This document shows, in pieces, positions 1-9,957 of a stretch of DNA of 64,000 bases. The translations under genes and the position numbers were made by a program. The notes under the pieces were generated by a model. That model searched no databases, was not told the DNA's origin, and saw nothing but the letters and a program-made list of their open reading frames with translations. The DNA is from Flavobacteriales bacterium (lineage in GTDB: Bacteria > Bacteroidota > Bacteroidia > NS11-12g > UBA955), in NCBI GenBank assembly GCA_947447955.1, contig CANFLS010000004.1, positions 21,327 through 85,326 on the forward strand, given 5' to 3'. Every line of letters starts with the position of its first letter. The first letter of the stretch is position 1.

Positions 1-993
1 ATATTGGGTGAAGTTGCATTTATTAGGGCTTTGGGTCATTTTACTGCCGTTAGAATGTTTGCGCAACCCTATGGTTTTACTGCAGATAATTCTCACGCTG
101 GTATTGCAATTCAACGTCAAGTTACTACGCAACCAATGCCACGTGAATCAGTTGGGGCAGCTTATGCCGCAATAATTGCAGATTTGACACTATCTGAAAG
201 CAAATTGCCAGATACAAGATCAGCAGATACGCTAGGTGCAGCCTACCCCACCAAATGGGCGGCAAAAGCACTTTTGGCAAATGTGTACTTCCAAATGGGA
301 GATTATGCAAAAGCTGGTCAATACGCAAATGATGTAATTGAATCTAAAAATTATACATTCAGCGATACCGTAAATTTGTTTGATCCAAAAGGATATTCAG
401 AACACATTTTTGCAGTGGTAAGTAATGGAATTAAAGATAAAAGAAGCGGTGGTTTCTCAGACAATTATTCGCCTGGTGTTCCAACTTGTCAAATGGACAA
501 AGCGTTGTGGGCGTCCCTCAAAAACAATGTTACAGACAAACGTTTGGGCATGTTGTCTATAATTAACCCTGGTGCGCAAAACGAATTTGTAAAAACAAAT
601 CAGTTTAATGCACAGTTCTTTAATGTTCCAGTATTGCATTTAACTCAAATGATGTTAATTAGAGCAGAATCATATGTAATGACCAATTCAAATATTGCTC
701 AAGCAATTACTGATATTAACGCAATTATCAAACGGGCTTATTCAGACAATTCTAAAATGGTTACATCCGGAATTTCTAATTCCGCATTATTAGATGTAAT
801 TCGTTCAGAACGCCGAGTTGAAATGCTTTTCCAAGGCGATAGAATTCATGAAGTAAAAAGATTGGGTGCAATTGAAAAGCAAAATTTATATGTTCACGGA
901 CATCCATGGAATTGTTCTGGAATTATTTTACAGTTCCCTATCACAGAAAAAACAAGTATTTTTGATATTAACCCAACAGGAGGTTGTAACTAA
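1..993 (+). CDS. RagB/SusD family outer-membrane lipoprotein (5'-truncated by window)
   Basis: Frame is open from base 1. SusD-type motifs GEVAFIRALGHF, AAKALLANVYFQMGDY, LIRAE and ERRVEMLFQGDR. Confidence 0.9.
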   Translation: MLGEVAFIRALGHFTAVRMFAQPYGFTADNSHAGIAIQRQVTTQPMPRESVGAAYAAIIADLTLSESKLPDTRSADTLGAAYPTKWAAKALLANVYFQMGDYAKAGQYANDVIESKNYTFSDTVNLFDPKGYSEHIFAVVSNGIKDKRSGGFSDNYSPGVPTCQMDKALWASLKNNVTDKRLGMLSIINPGAQNEFVKTNQFNAQFFNVPVLHLTQMMLIRAESYVMTNSNIAQAITDINAIIKRAYSDNSKMVTSGISNSALLDVIRSERRVEMLFQGDRIHEVKRLGAIEKQNLYVHGHPWNCSGIILQFPITEKTSIFDINPTGGCN

Positions 994-1502
994 TGAGAAA
1001 TAAATTAATTTATACCATGGCATTGGCCATATTGGTAATTGGATTTCAAGGGTGCAAACCTGAACCCAAAGTATTAGGACCAAAAGTTAGTCAAATTGAC
1101 GGAATTTCAGGAAATTGGGTACTTAACAAAGTAGACCAAATTGATGTAAATGTTCAACTTGCATTTGTTGAAAGCGATACCCTATTGGATGTTTCTGATG
1201 TGGTATTGGATGCATCAGTTGGAACACCAATGGAAATTAACTTCGATAAAGGAAAATCAACCTTCTCAGTTACTTCTGGAACTGGAAGCGATATGATCAA
1301 TTTCAGCACAGGAACTTGGAGTTTCGATAACAATGAATATCCTTCATATGTAATTTTCGACAAAGGGTTGTCTACTGAAAAGAACTTTAAATTGATTCAC
1401 CCAGTTCGTCCTCAAGATCAATATTTAATCTTGAACGTAAATAAAATGTGCGGTAACAAAAGAACCGTTTCGTATCACCTTTGGTTTACCCGTAAAAATT
1501 AA
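993..1502 (+). CDS. PUL-associated lipoprotein (DUF5004/lipocalin-like)
   Basis: Lipobox-like FQGC, ISGNWVL motif, TAATG overlap with the susD stop. Confidence 0.6.
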   Translation: MRNKLIYTMALAILVIGFQGCKPEPKVLGPKVSQIDGISGNWVLNKVDQIDVNVQLAFVESDTLLDVSDVVLDASVGTPMEINFDKGKSTFSVTSGTGSDMINFSTGTWSFDNNEYPSYVIFDKGLSTEKNFKLIHPVRPQDQYLILNVNKMCGNKRTVSYHLWFTRKN

Positions 1503-1507
1503 TTCTT

Positions 1508-2386
1508 ATGAAAAAAAGTATTTTATTTAGCATCATTGCCTTTAGCATTGGGTCTGTTTTTGGTCAAAAAGCATGGTTAGCTCCTGATCCTGTAAATTTG
1601 GACGATAGTGTAACAATTTGGGTAGACATTAAAAAATGTGACCGTCAGCAATTGGCCGGTTCTACTGATGCTTTGTACATGTGGACATGGAGTCCAAAAG
1701 AGCATCCAGTTGGTCATCCTTTGCACAATGGAACATGGGGCGCGAGCAACGAAGCGTTGAAATTCACATCTGCGGGCAACGATCTTTGGTTTTACAAAAT
1801 GATTCCTACAAAATTCTATGAATGCACAAAAGCAGATTTGTATTCTAAAGGAATTAATCTATTGCTAAAAAAGAAAGACGGCACAGGCACTGTATCAGGT
1901 GGTGAAGACAAAACTGAAGATTTGATCATCAAAATTGATGCCCCTGTAACTGGACCTAAAAAGTTATATTCATTTCCTGGGTTGTTTTTGAAGGATACTT
2001 TAAGCACCAGTCCTGCTGATGTGTTAACCATTTACTACGACAGAAATTTAGAAACCAACGATACTTTAAAAGACAAGACTGACTTTTACTGTGTTATAAA
2101 AGCCCGTTATGGAGCAAGCAACACCGAGTATATCTATTTCATTGATATTGATAAATTAACTGCCGCAGATAAAGGCGTTTCTGGAGTTGTACCTCAAATG
2201 AAAATGACTGATTTGAATAACGGCAAGTTTAAATTTAGCTTTATTCCTAACAGACTTTTTGCAAGTAAAAACTCTTCAAATTTGAAAATTACCGCGGTAA
2301 AATTCAAAATCATGCGAGGGTATATTCGTAAAACATATGACATTGTTGCGGAGTCACCAGAATATTGGTTTAACTCTTGCCAATAA
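1508..2386 (+). CDS. secreted PUL accessory protein, probably glycan-binding (DUF4961-like)
   Basis: Signal peptide, Trp-rich YMWTWSP and GTWG segments, last gene of the susD operon. Confidence 0.45.
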   Translation: MKKSILFSIIAFSIGSVFGQKAWLAPDPVNLDDSVTIWVDIKKCDRQQLAGSTDALYMWTWSPKEHPVGHPLHNGTWGASNEALKFTSAGNDLWFYKMIPTKFYECTKADLYSKGINLLLKKKDGTGTVSGGEDKTEDLIIKIDAPVTGPKKLYSFPGLFLKDTLSTSPADVLTIYYDRNLETNDTLKDKTDFYCVIKARYGASNTEYIYFIDIDKLTAADKGVSGVVPQMKMTDLNNGKFKFSFIPNRLFASKNSSNLKITAVKFKIMRGYIRKTYDIVAESPEYWFNSCQ

Positions 2387-2403
2387 GGAATTATTCACTT
2401 CAT

Positions 2404-2434
2404 AAAAAAGGCCGCTCAAGAGCGGCCTTTTTTT
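2404..2434. terminator. bidirectional intrinsic terminator
   Basis: A6-GGCCGCT-caag-AGCGGCC-T7 between convergent genes. Confidence 0.9.
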
Positions 2435-3644
2435 ATATTACTTCGATTTCATTTCGAGTCAAATCTTCCAAACATTCTCTTTTTCGAATCAATTGTGCTT
2501 TATTTTCGTAAAACAACACCTCTGCGGGGCGCAATCTTGCATTATAGTTGTTAGACATACTAAATCCGTAGGCTCCGGCGTTTTTAATCCTTAAAACGTC
2601 TCCTTCGCGCACTTCGGCAAGTTTACGATCGTAACCAAGTGTGTCAGTTTCGCAAATGTATCCTACTACACTATATAAACGCGGTGCAGCTTTTGCATTT
2701 GAAATATTTTCTATTTGGTGGTAGGCATCGTAAAACATCGGACGGATCAAATGGTTTTGACCGCTGTTCACCCCTACAAAAACAGTTGATGTAGTTTGTT
2801 TGATCACATTGGCCTTAACAAGCAAGGACCCTGATTCACTCACTAGGAATTTACCTGGCTCAAACCACAATGCGATTTCGCGGCCATACTTAATGCAAAA
2901 CGCCTTAAATGCTTCTGCAATTTTACTGCCCATTTCTTCAATGTCGGTAACAATATCACCTTCTTTGTAAGCAACTTTAAATCCAGAACCAAAATCCATA
3001 AATTCAAGGTCAGGAAATGATTCTGCAGCATCGAACAGCAACTCAGCACCGCGTAAAAACACATCTGCATCTAGAATATCACTTCCAGTATGCATATGCA
3101 ATCCATTGACATTGATTTTGAGGGATTCAACAACCCTATGCACATGACGCAATTGATAAATTGATATTCCAAATTTGGAATCAATGTGACCTACAGAAAT
3201 ATTGCTATGGCCACCAGCCATGATATGTGGATTCAAACGAATGCAACAAGGTATCGTTGATCCGTATTCATTTCCAAACATTTCTAAAGTAGAAATATTG
3301 TCGATATTAATAGTTACACCCATTTCAACTGCTTCTTTGATTTCTTCGAAATCAACACAGTTAGGGGTATACATAATTTCATTCGGTAAAAAACCTGCTC
3401 GAAGTCCTAACTGAACTTCTTGAATGGAAACCGCATCTAATCCAGCACCTTGTTGTTTTAACAATTTAAGGATATTGATATTGTTTAAAGCCTTAAGGGC
3501 ATAGTGTAAATGAACATTTACACCAGGAAATGCATTTTTTAATCGTTGATATTGATCAATGATTTTTTCGCCGTGATAAACATAAAGAGGCGTGCTGAAT
3601 TCATCAGCAATTTTAAGTAAAGTGGAGTTGTTTATTTCTTTCAT
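2433..3644 (-). CDS. lysA: diaminopimelate decarboxylase
   Basis: YALKAL PLP-lysine motif, SKFG, HMHTGS, EPGKFLV, GYICETD, GAYG..MSNNYN. Confidence 0.95.
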   Translation of the reverse strand: MKEINNSTLLKIADEFSTPLYVYHGEKIIDQYQRLKNAFPGVNVHLHYALKALNNINILKLLKQQGAGLDAVSIQEVQLGLRAGFLPNEIMYTPNCVDFEEIKEAVEMGVTINIDNISTLEMFGNEYGSTIPCCIRLNPHIMAGGHSNISVGHIDSKFGISIYQLRHVHRVVESLKINVNGLHMHTGSDILDADVFLRGAELLFDAAESFPDLEFMDFGSGFKVAYKEGDIVTDIEEMGSKIAEAFKAFCIKYGREIALWFEPGKFLVSESGSLLVKANVIKQTTSTVFVGVNSGQNHLIRPMFYDAYHQIENISNAKAAPRLYSVVGYICETDTLGYDRKLAEVREGDVLRIKNAGAYGFSMSNNYNARLRPAEVLFYENKAQLIRKRECLEDLTRNEIEVI

Positions 3645-3652
3645 TTTTGTAC

Positions 3653-3683
3653 AAAAAAAAAGCGGGGCATATAACCCCGCTTT
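3653..3683 (-). terminator. intrinsic terminator after secDF
   Basis: AAAGCGGGG-N7-CCCCGCTTT stem with a long U-tract on the minus strand. Confidence 0.8.
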
Positions 3684-3704
3684 CGTTATTAATGCGAAGT
3701 ATGT

Positions 3705-6647
3705 TTAATTTTTAGATTTCTTTTTAGCTGTTAAATCAATAACAATTGGAGTTGCAATACACAAAGAAGAATATGTTCCGATTACAACACCAATAAGCAT
3801 TGCAAACGAGAAGTTCTTCAAGGCGTCACCACCAAATAAGAATAGAATGATACAAACTACAAATACAGTAGACGATGTAATGATTGTACGACTTAAAGTA
3901 TCGTTCAATGCAGAGTTAATCATCAATGTATCGTCTTTGTCGGTACGGCGTGAAGTTAAGAACTCACGAATACGGTCAAATACAATAACTGTATCATTAA
4001 TTGAGTAACCCAATATAGTTAATAACGCCGCAATCAAATGTTGGTCAAATTCAGTAGCAAATGGAACAAACCCGTCAACGATTGCATAAACAGACAATAC
4101 CAATGCCAAGTCATGCACCAATGAAATAGCAGCACCAATACCATAAGCAATACTTCTGAATCGGAATACCAAGAACAAGAAGATACCTACAACTGTAAGC
4201 ATTACCAGGAATGCAGATTTGTTTCTAATTTCTGTTGCAATTGTTGGAGTTACGTTAGAAACTTGAATCACTGGGCCTTCACCATTTTTATCTTTTTTAA
4301 GTTCGAATGAAGACAACGCTTTTAACAAGTCTTCTTGAACTTTCATTTTGGTTTCTTTAGAAGAAGATTCTTTCAACAAATAAGTTGTAAGAATTTTATA
4401 TTGTCCATCTGAACCAAATGTTTTCACCTCATTGCTAGAACCAGCAAGAGATTTGTCAAGTGTTTCTTTAATGTCTTCAGTTTTATAACTTTTAGACGCA
4501 TCAAATTGAATGATGAAAGAGTTACCTCCTTTGAAATCGATACCAGTTGTGATACCACCTTTAGTGATAAAGGAAACAATACCCAATACAATAACTAAAG
4601 AAGAGAATAAATAGTATTTTTTACGGTTTTTAACCCAATCGATATTCTTATTTTTTAAGAAATTTTCGTTCCAAGTAAATCCAAATTTGGTATCCAAACC
4701 TTTATCCGCTCTTCTGTCTAATAACAAACGAGTGATGAATAAAGCAGTAAACAATGAACTGAAAATACCAATTACCAAGATAATTGCGAAACCATAAACT
4801 GGACCAGCACCTGTAAATGTTAAAATGAAACCTGCCAATAAGTGGGTAATGTTTGAGTCAATAATTGCACTCATTGCATGTTTGAAACCTTCATTGATTG
4901 CAGTTTTCATTCCTTTACCTAGAGCCAATTCATCTTTGATACGTTCGTAGATAAGTACGTTTGCATCAACCGCCATACCAATGGTTAAGATGATACCTGC
5001 CATACCAGGAAGTGTTAATGCAGCACCTAAGCTTGACAATACACCCATAATCAAGAATACGTTTCCTAAAACAGCTACAATTGAAATCCAACCAGCGCGG
5101 TTATAGTAAACCACCATGAATAATACAACTGATATAAAGCCAAGAATCAAGGCCAAGAATCCTTTAGAAATTGCAGCGTCACCCAACGATGCACCCACAA
5201 CTTCACTTGCTACAATTCTAGCAGGAGCAGGTAATTTACCCGCTTTCAATACGTTTGCCAAATCTTGTGCTTCACGGATGTCGAAGTTTCCAGAAATCTG
5301 ACTGCTTCCACCGCTAATTTTGCCATTTACACGTGGTGCAGAGTAAACCCTGTCATCAAGTACAATTGCGATATACTTACCAATGTTGGCACCAGTAACT
5401 TGAGCCCAACGAGAAGCAGCAGATGGAGTCATTTCCATTGAAACTTCTAATTGACCAGTTTGGTTGGTGTTTTCACGGGCATCAGAAATAATATTTTCTT
5501 CTTCAGAAGATAAAGCAGCATTGCCATCTCTATCGCGTTTCAAGAAATAAACGAAATAATCTTCAGAATTTGTTAATTCTTTTCCGCTTTGGTCATAATC
5601 TTGAGGTTTTGCACTGAATGCAATTTTAACAGATGGTTCCAAAATTGCAGCATATTTCTCTTCAGAAAGAATTTTTAACAATTTTTCACGGTTGCTACCT
5701 TTAATGGTACAAACTGCAGATTCTTCGCCTTTACCAAATGGTTTCAAAATTGAAGACAAAATGCTTTTTTCAGATTTACCGGCATCAGCAGTTTTAGCCA
5801 CTGAGCTATCTTTAACCATTGAAGTATCATTAGCCGCAGTATCTTTAATTGGAGCAGAAGCCATAGACGCCGCTTTCATTAATTGACTGTAGATTTTAAC
5901 ACCGTCAATGCCACCGTTCACTTCATAGAATTCTAATTTTGCACTTTTTTCAACCAAATCTTCCATACGGCGGGGATTATCTACACCTGGCAATTCAACG
6001 CTAATTCTACCACCTTCAACAATTTGAACCACTGGTTGAGTAACATTGGCTTGGTTAATACGTTTTTCAACTACCGATTTTACGTTAGCAACAGCTGTAT
6101 TGATTGAAGAACGCAAGTAATTTACAACCTCAGTTTGAGAACTGTTTGGTTGAATCACAGAATTATTTCCTTTCACAAACAACACTGCCATATTTCTTCC
6201 AGGAGCAACTTCATTGAATGCAGAAATAAATGCATCTACATAATCTGTTCCTTTATCTCTTACAGCAACATCAGCCATTTTCACTGCTTTTAACAAATCA
6301 GCATCTTTGGGATCATTTGCCAATACTTTTACAATCGCATCTTTTTCAACTTCTAAGGTAACATTCATACCACCTCTTAAGTCAAGACCTAAGTTGATTT
6401 CTTTCTGTTTACACTCAAAATAAGTGTAATCAGCAATACCTAATAAATTGTAACACGGCTTGTTTCCAAGACTGTCAATGTATCTTAAATACACATCTTT
6501 TTCTCTCTCTCCCGATTTTGCTTTTTTAGCAGCAAATGCATGGGCATCGTTTTCAAAACTTCTCGCTTTAATTGTAAAAGACAATTGGTATAAACACGCT
6601 ATTGCCAATACAATTGAAAAAACGACTACTGATCTATTACTTTTCAT
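3705..6647 (-). CDS. secDF: protein translocase subunit SecDF (fused)
   Basis: LGLDLRGG, LTLPGMAGIILTIGMAVDANVLIYERIKDE, GIDFKGG, GYSINDTVIVFDRIRE. Confidence 0.97.
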   Translation of the reverse strand: MKSNRSVVVFSIVLAIACLYQLSFTIKARSFENDAHAFAAKKAKSGEREKDVYLRYIDSLGNKPCYNLLGIADYTYFECKQKEINLGLDLRGGMNVTLEVEKDAIVKVLANDPKDADLLKAVKMADVAVRDKGTDYVDAFISAFNEVAPGRNMAVLFVKGNNSVIQPNSSQTEVVNYLRSSINTAVANVKSVVEKRINQANVTQPVVQIVEGGRISVELPGVDNPRRMEDLVEKSAKLEFYEVNGGIDGVKIYSQLMKAASMASAPIKDTAANDTSMVKDSSVAKTADAGKSEKSILSSILKPFGKGEESAVCTIKGSNREKLLKILSEEKYAAILEPSVKIAFSAKPQDYDQSGKELTNSEDYFVYFLKRDRDGNAALSSEEENIISDARENTNQTGQLEVSMEMTPSAASRWAQVTGANIGKYIAIVLDDRVYSAPRVNGKISGGSSQISGNFDIREAQDLANVLKAGKLPAPARIVASEVVGASLGDAAISKGFLALILGFISVVLFMVVYYNRAGWISIVAVLGNVFLIMGVLSSLGAALTLPGMAGIILTIGMAVDANVLIYERIKDELALGKGMKTAINEGFKHAMSAIIDSNITHLLAGFILTFTGAGPVYGFAIILVIGIFSSLFTALFITRLLLDRRADKGLDTKFGFTWNENFLKNKNIDWVKNRKKYYLFSSLVIVLGIVSFITKGGITTGIDFKGGNSFIIQFDASKSYKTEDIKETLDKSLAGSSNEVKTFGSDGQYKILTTYLLKESSSKETKMKVQEDLLKALSSFELKKDKNGEGPVIQVSNVTPTIATEIRNKSAFLVMLTVVGIFLFLVFRFRSIAYGIGAAISLVHDLALVLSVYAIVDGFVPFATEFDQHLIAALLTILGYSINDTVIVFDRIREFLTSRRTDKDDTLMINSALNDTLSRTIITSSTVFVVCIILFLFGGDALKNFSFAMLIGVVIGTYSSLCIATPIVIDLTAKKKSKN

Positions 6648-6728
6648 TGTGAAATTATTCTAATTATAAAATGATTTAGGTCGCGAAAATAAGCAAAAAA
6701 AGTATGTTTCACGCTATTTGTGAAGTGA

Positions 6729-7694
6729 TTACAAATATTTTTCAGTGAAGTTACTAACATCAACCATATTTTGATGTAACATACATTTAAAATGGCCTTT
6801 CGGACAAGCATCAAATCCTAATTTTGAGCAAGGATGGCACGACAAATTATCAACCACAAAATTTTGTATTTCAACATTTTGCCTATTCACAGGACCCATA
6901 CCATAGCCCCAATCTGTATTGCCCCATACCATGGCAATTGGTTTTCCTAGGGCTGATGCCAAATGTGCCATTCCCGTGTCGCCAGAAACCACAACTTTTG
7001 AATTTTTGAGTACAATTGCCGATTCTTGGATGCTAATTTTACCTGAAAAATTCAAAATTCGTTCTGGAAAATGATTGAAAATTTGTTCTCCCAATTCAAA
7101 TTCGCCTTTTCCACCTATCAAAACAAAGTGATGATTTGTTGATTTGCTTATTAATTCAATTGTTTTTTCTTGAGGGATTCGCTTCGTCAAATATGTCCCA
7201 CCCAAAACCAAACAAATATAGTTTTCTGGCAAATTTTGAATGTTATTACTTTCGCTTTCGCAAACAAAATCTAGTCCCTCGAAATCATTTTTAATTTCGT
7301 AATATTTTAATGTATCAATATATCGATCAACAATATGCGAAACTTTGAAAACATTGCTTTTGGTCAATGTAAATAACCACTTAGAAACATTCTTCTTTTT
7401 TAATGTCAAATGAGGCACATTCCAAAAGCGCAATTTTAATTGCAAACTGCGTAAATTAGCATGCAAATCTATGATAGCATCATATTGATTGATATGTAAT
7501 TCTGCTCGGTCAGAATCATTTTCCCAAGAAAAAATTCGATCAATATTTTTATTTCCATTAAGCAAATTTGCAAATGCAGATTTGGTAACAAAATGAATTT
7601 CAGCTTTAGGGAATTTTTGCTTTAACAACCTAAAAACAGGAGTACAAAGCAAAATATCGCCAATAGAACTAAACCGAATTACCAAAAACTTCAT
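6729..7694 (-). CDS. glycosyltransferase family 9 (heptosyltransferase-like)
   Basis: N-terminal LVIRFSSIGD, SGDTGMAHLASA, C-terminal CHPC...CPKGHFKC. Confidence 0.9.
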   Translation of the reverse strand: MKFLVIRFSSIGDILLCTPVFRLLKQKFPKAEIHFVTKSAFANLLNGNKNIDRIFSWENDSDRAELHINQYDAIIDLHANLRSLQLKLRFWNVPHLTLKKKNVSKWLFTLTKSNVFKVSHIVDRYIDTLKYYEIKNDFEGLDFVCESESNNIQNLPENYICLVLGGTYLTKRIPQEKTIELISKSTNHHFVLIGGKGEFELGEQIFNHFPERILNFSGKISIQESAIVLKNSKVVVSGDTGMAHLASALGKPIAMVWGNTDWGYGMGPVNRQNVEIQNFVVDNLSCHPCSKLGFDACPKGHFKCMLHQNMVDVSNFTEKYL

Positions 7695-9361
7695 AAAAGA
7701 TTACGCACCTTTCTTCTGTTTAATAAAAATGCTTCAAACTCTTTCAAATTCATTGCATTTAAGGTATTCTTTGTCAATAAACCACCTTTCCTCGCCGCCA
7801 ATGTGCCAAAATACATGTCGTGGTAACCCATTTTTTCGTGGGCATCGGGATTGATACTTATCAATACTCCTTTATTTTGTGCATAATGAATCCAACGCCA
7901 ATCAATATCCAAACGATATGGGTGGGCATTTAATTCAATCACAACCTTGTTTGCAGCACATGCATCTATGATTAGTTCGTGATTGATTTGATAGCCCGAA
8001 CGCATCAACAACAATCTGCCAGTTGGGTGACCCAAAATGGTGGTGTAAGGATTTTCAATTGCCTTTAATAACCTCGCATTTGCTTTCTCCTCATTCATGG
8101 TTAAATTAGAATGCACGGAGGCTACCACGAAATCAAACAATTTTAATATATCTTCAGAGTAATCTAATGAACCATCACTTAAAATATCGCTTTCTATTCC
8201 TTTAAAGATTTTAAAGGGGGACATTTTTATGTTCAAACTGTCTATTTCCGTCATTTGCGCCACCACCCTTTCATCACTTAATCCTCCAGCATAACCGGCA
8301 GATTTGGAATGATCGCAAATACCCAAATATTGAAACTTTTGAGAATAGGCATATTCTGCCATTTCGGCCAAGGTATTTAACCCATCACTATACGTTGAGT
8401 GATTATGCAATACGCCTTTTAATTGACCGTATTCTATAAAATGTTGATCCTTTTCATTGAAATCCAATTCATTTAACCCTTCACGCTGTTCGGGAACGAT
8501 AAATGGAAGTCCTTTAGATTCATAAAGTTCTTCTTCTGATGTAAAATTCAATGCGTCGGTTTGAGTATACTCAATTTGATTCAGATGCTCAGATGAACCG
8601 GTTGTTTCAAATAACAAACGTTCAAAACTTAAGTAATCTGTACAAATAATTTCGAGGGGTATTTGTCCCTCAATAAACGAATGAATTTCGTCATCATTTA
8701 CATTGATTAGATAATCTTGTTCTGATAAAAAATTGATAAATTCAACTTGATCAATGGTAGTAACAACCACCAATTTCTCAATAATCTCGTTACATCTCCT
8801 AAAGTCGCCCGAATATTCAAATTGAAAACCAGGAAACTGCTTTTTTACGTAATCTTTAAAGTCGTTGGCAATGGTCATTAATCGTGCGTAATGCCATTTC
8901 CCCGATGCCGAAATTGAAAATTCAATTCCTTTGATAATTTCCGCTTGGGTTTTTAGTCCAAATCCTTTGATTTCTATCAATCGGTTTTGCCTACATGCAT
9001 CTAACAAATCGCTCACCGATTCAATGTGCATTTCTTCCCAAATTACTTTCACTTTTTTAGGTCCCAGTCCTTTGACTTTCAGCATATCAACTATCCCATC
9101 CGGAGTTTTGGAAACGCATTCATCTAAGGCTGGAAAGCTTTCAGTTTCATATATCTGTTTGATTGCAGAAAGAACTGATTTTCCAACTCCTGGAACTGCA
9201 ATTAAATCATTATCAGACAATGAATCAAAAGATTCTTTTATTTTCTTTAAATTAAAGGCAGCAGTTGTAAAAGTTCTATATTTAAACGGATTTTCATCGT
9301 GAAGCTCAGCAAGTTTTGCATACAAATTGAGCTTTGACAATATGGATGAATTATCGGTCAT
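7691..9361 (-). CDS. polX: PolX-PHP family protein, polymerase site apparently degenerate
   Basis: N-terminal ENPFK, HhH motifs (VPGVGK, VKGLGPKK, IKGFGLK), PHP motifs HNHSTYSDG, CDHS, GIESDI, ASVH, GHPTGR, NPDAH. Confidence 0.9.
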   Translation of the reverse strand: MTDNSSILSKLNLYAKLAELHDENPFKYRTFTTAAFNLKKIKESFDSLSDNDLIAVPGVGKSVLSAIKQIYETESFPALDECVSKTPDGIVDMLKVKGLGPKKVKVIWEEMHIESVSDLLDACRQNRLIEIKGFGLKTQAEIIKGIEFSISASGKWHYARLMTIANDFKDYVKKQFPGFQFEYSGDFRRCNEIIEKLVVVTTIDQVEFINFLSEQDYLINVNDDEIHSFIEGQIPLEIICTDYLSFERLLFETTGSSEHLNQIEYTQTDALNFTSEEELYESKGLPFIVPEQREGLNELDFNEKDQHFIEYGQLKGVLHNHSTYSDGLNTLAEMAEYAYSQKFQYLGICDHSKSAGYAGGLSDERVVAQMTEIDSLNIKMSPFKIFKGIESDILSDGSLDYSEDILKLFDFVVASVHSNLTMNEEKANARLLKAIENPYTTILGHPTGRLLLMRSGYQINHELIIDACAANKVVIELNAHPYRLDIDWRWIHYAQNKGVLISINPDAHEKMGYHDMYFGTLAARKGGLLTKNTLNAMNLKEFEAFLLNRRKVRNLL

Positions 9362-9366
9362 GGATT

Positions 9367-9939
9367 TTAATTTGAACTCATTCTGGATTTGGCTGGAATA
9401 AATGAAATTTCTCCAGTTGCCATAGCTTCATCAAAATCAACCCAAACAATTGAATTGGGAATATCACCATACAAGTACATAATATTCATGTCTTTGCCTG
9501 TATTTTTATTTTTTAAAACTTCAACTCCTAAAATGACCATTTTTTGGCCACTGTAGCTTGAAGGAAGTTCAGCTGCATCATAATCGCCTTTAAAGAAAGA
9601 TTGATAAAACCCATTTCCTGTAGCGGTATCATAGGCTGGAGCACCTGGTTCCCAGCGTGTTCTGCGGTACATATCCAAATGATAAAATACAGATGCGCTG
9701 GTTTTACCAATGAGCGCCGTATCGCCTTTTCCGATATCCACCTCAATAGGGGGTAATAAATTTATAGATTTTTGTTTAGACTTCTTTCTAGTAGAAAGCA
9801 CTTTGCCATTCGTTTTAGAAACGGTTGGTGATTTTTGTTTTTTTGAGGGATTTGGTTTTTGTTGGGCAATTCCAATATTTGCTGTTAATGCAAATAAAAA
9901 CACCATCAATGTTCTAAATACGTTCATACCTTTTAACAA
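9367..9939 (-). CDS. hypothetical secreted protein
   Basis: Signal peptide, Lys-rich linker and small C-terminal domain. Real start may be the internal ATG. Confidence 0.55.
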   Translation of the reverse strand: MLKGMNVFRTLMVFLFALTANIGIAQQKPNPSKKQKSPTVSKTNGKVLSTRKKSKQKSINLLPPIEVDIGKGDTALIGKTSASVFYHLDMYRRTRWEPGAPAYDTATGNGFYQSFFKGDYDAAELPSSYSGQKMVILGVEVLKNKNTGKDMNIMYLYGDIPNSIVWVDFDEAMATGEISFIPAKSRMSSN

Positions 9940-9957
9940 TTAAAAGTAAAAGTACAA

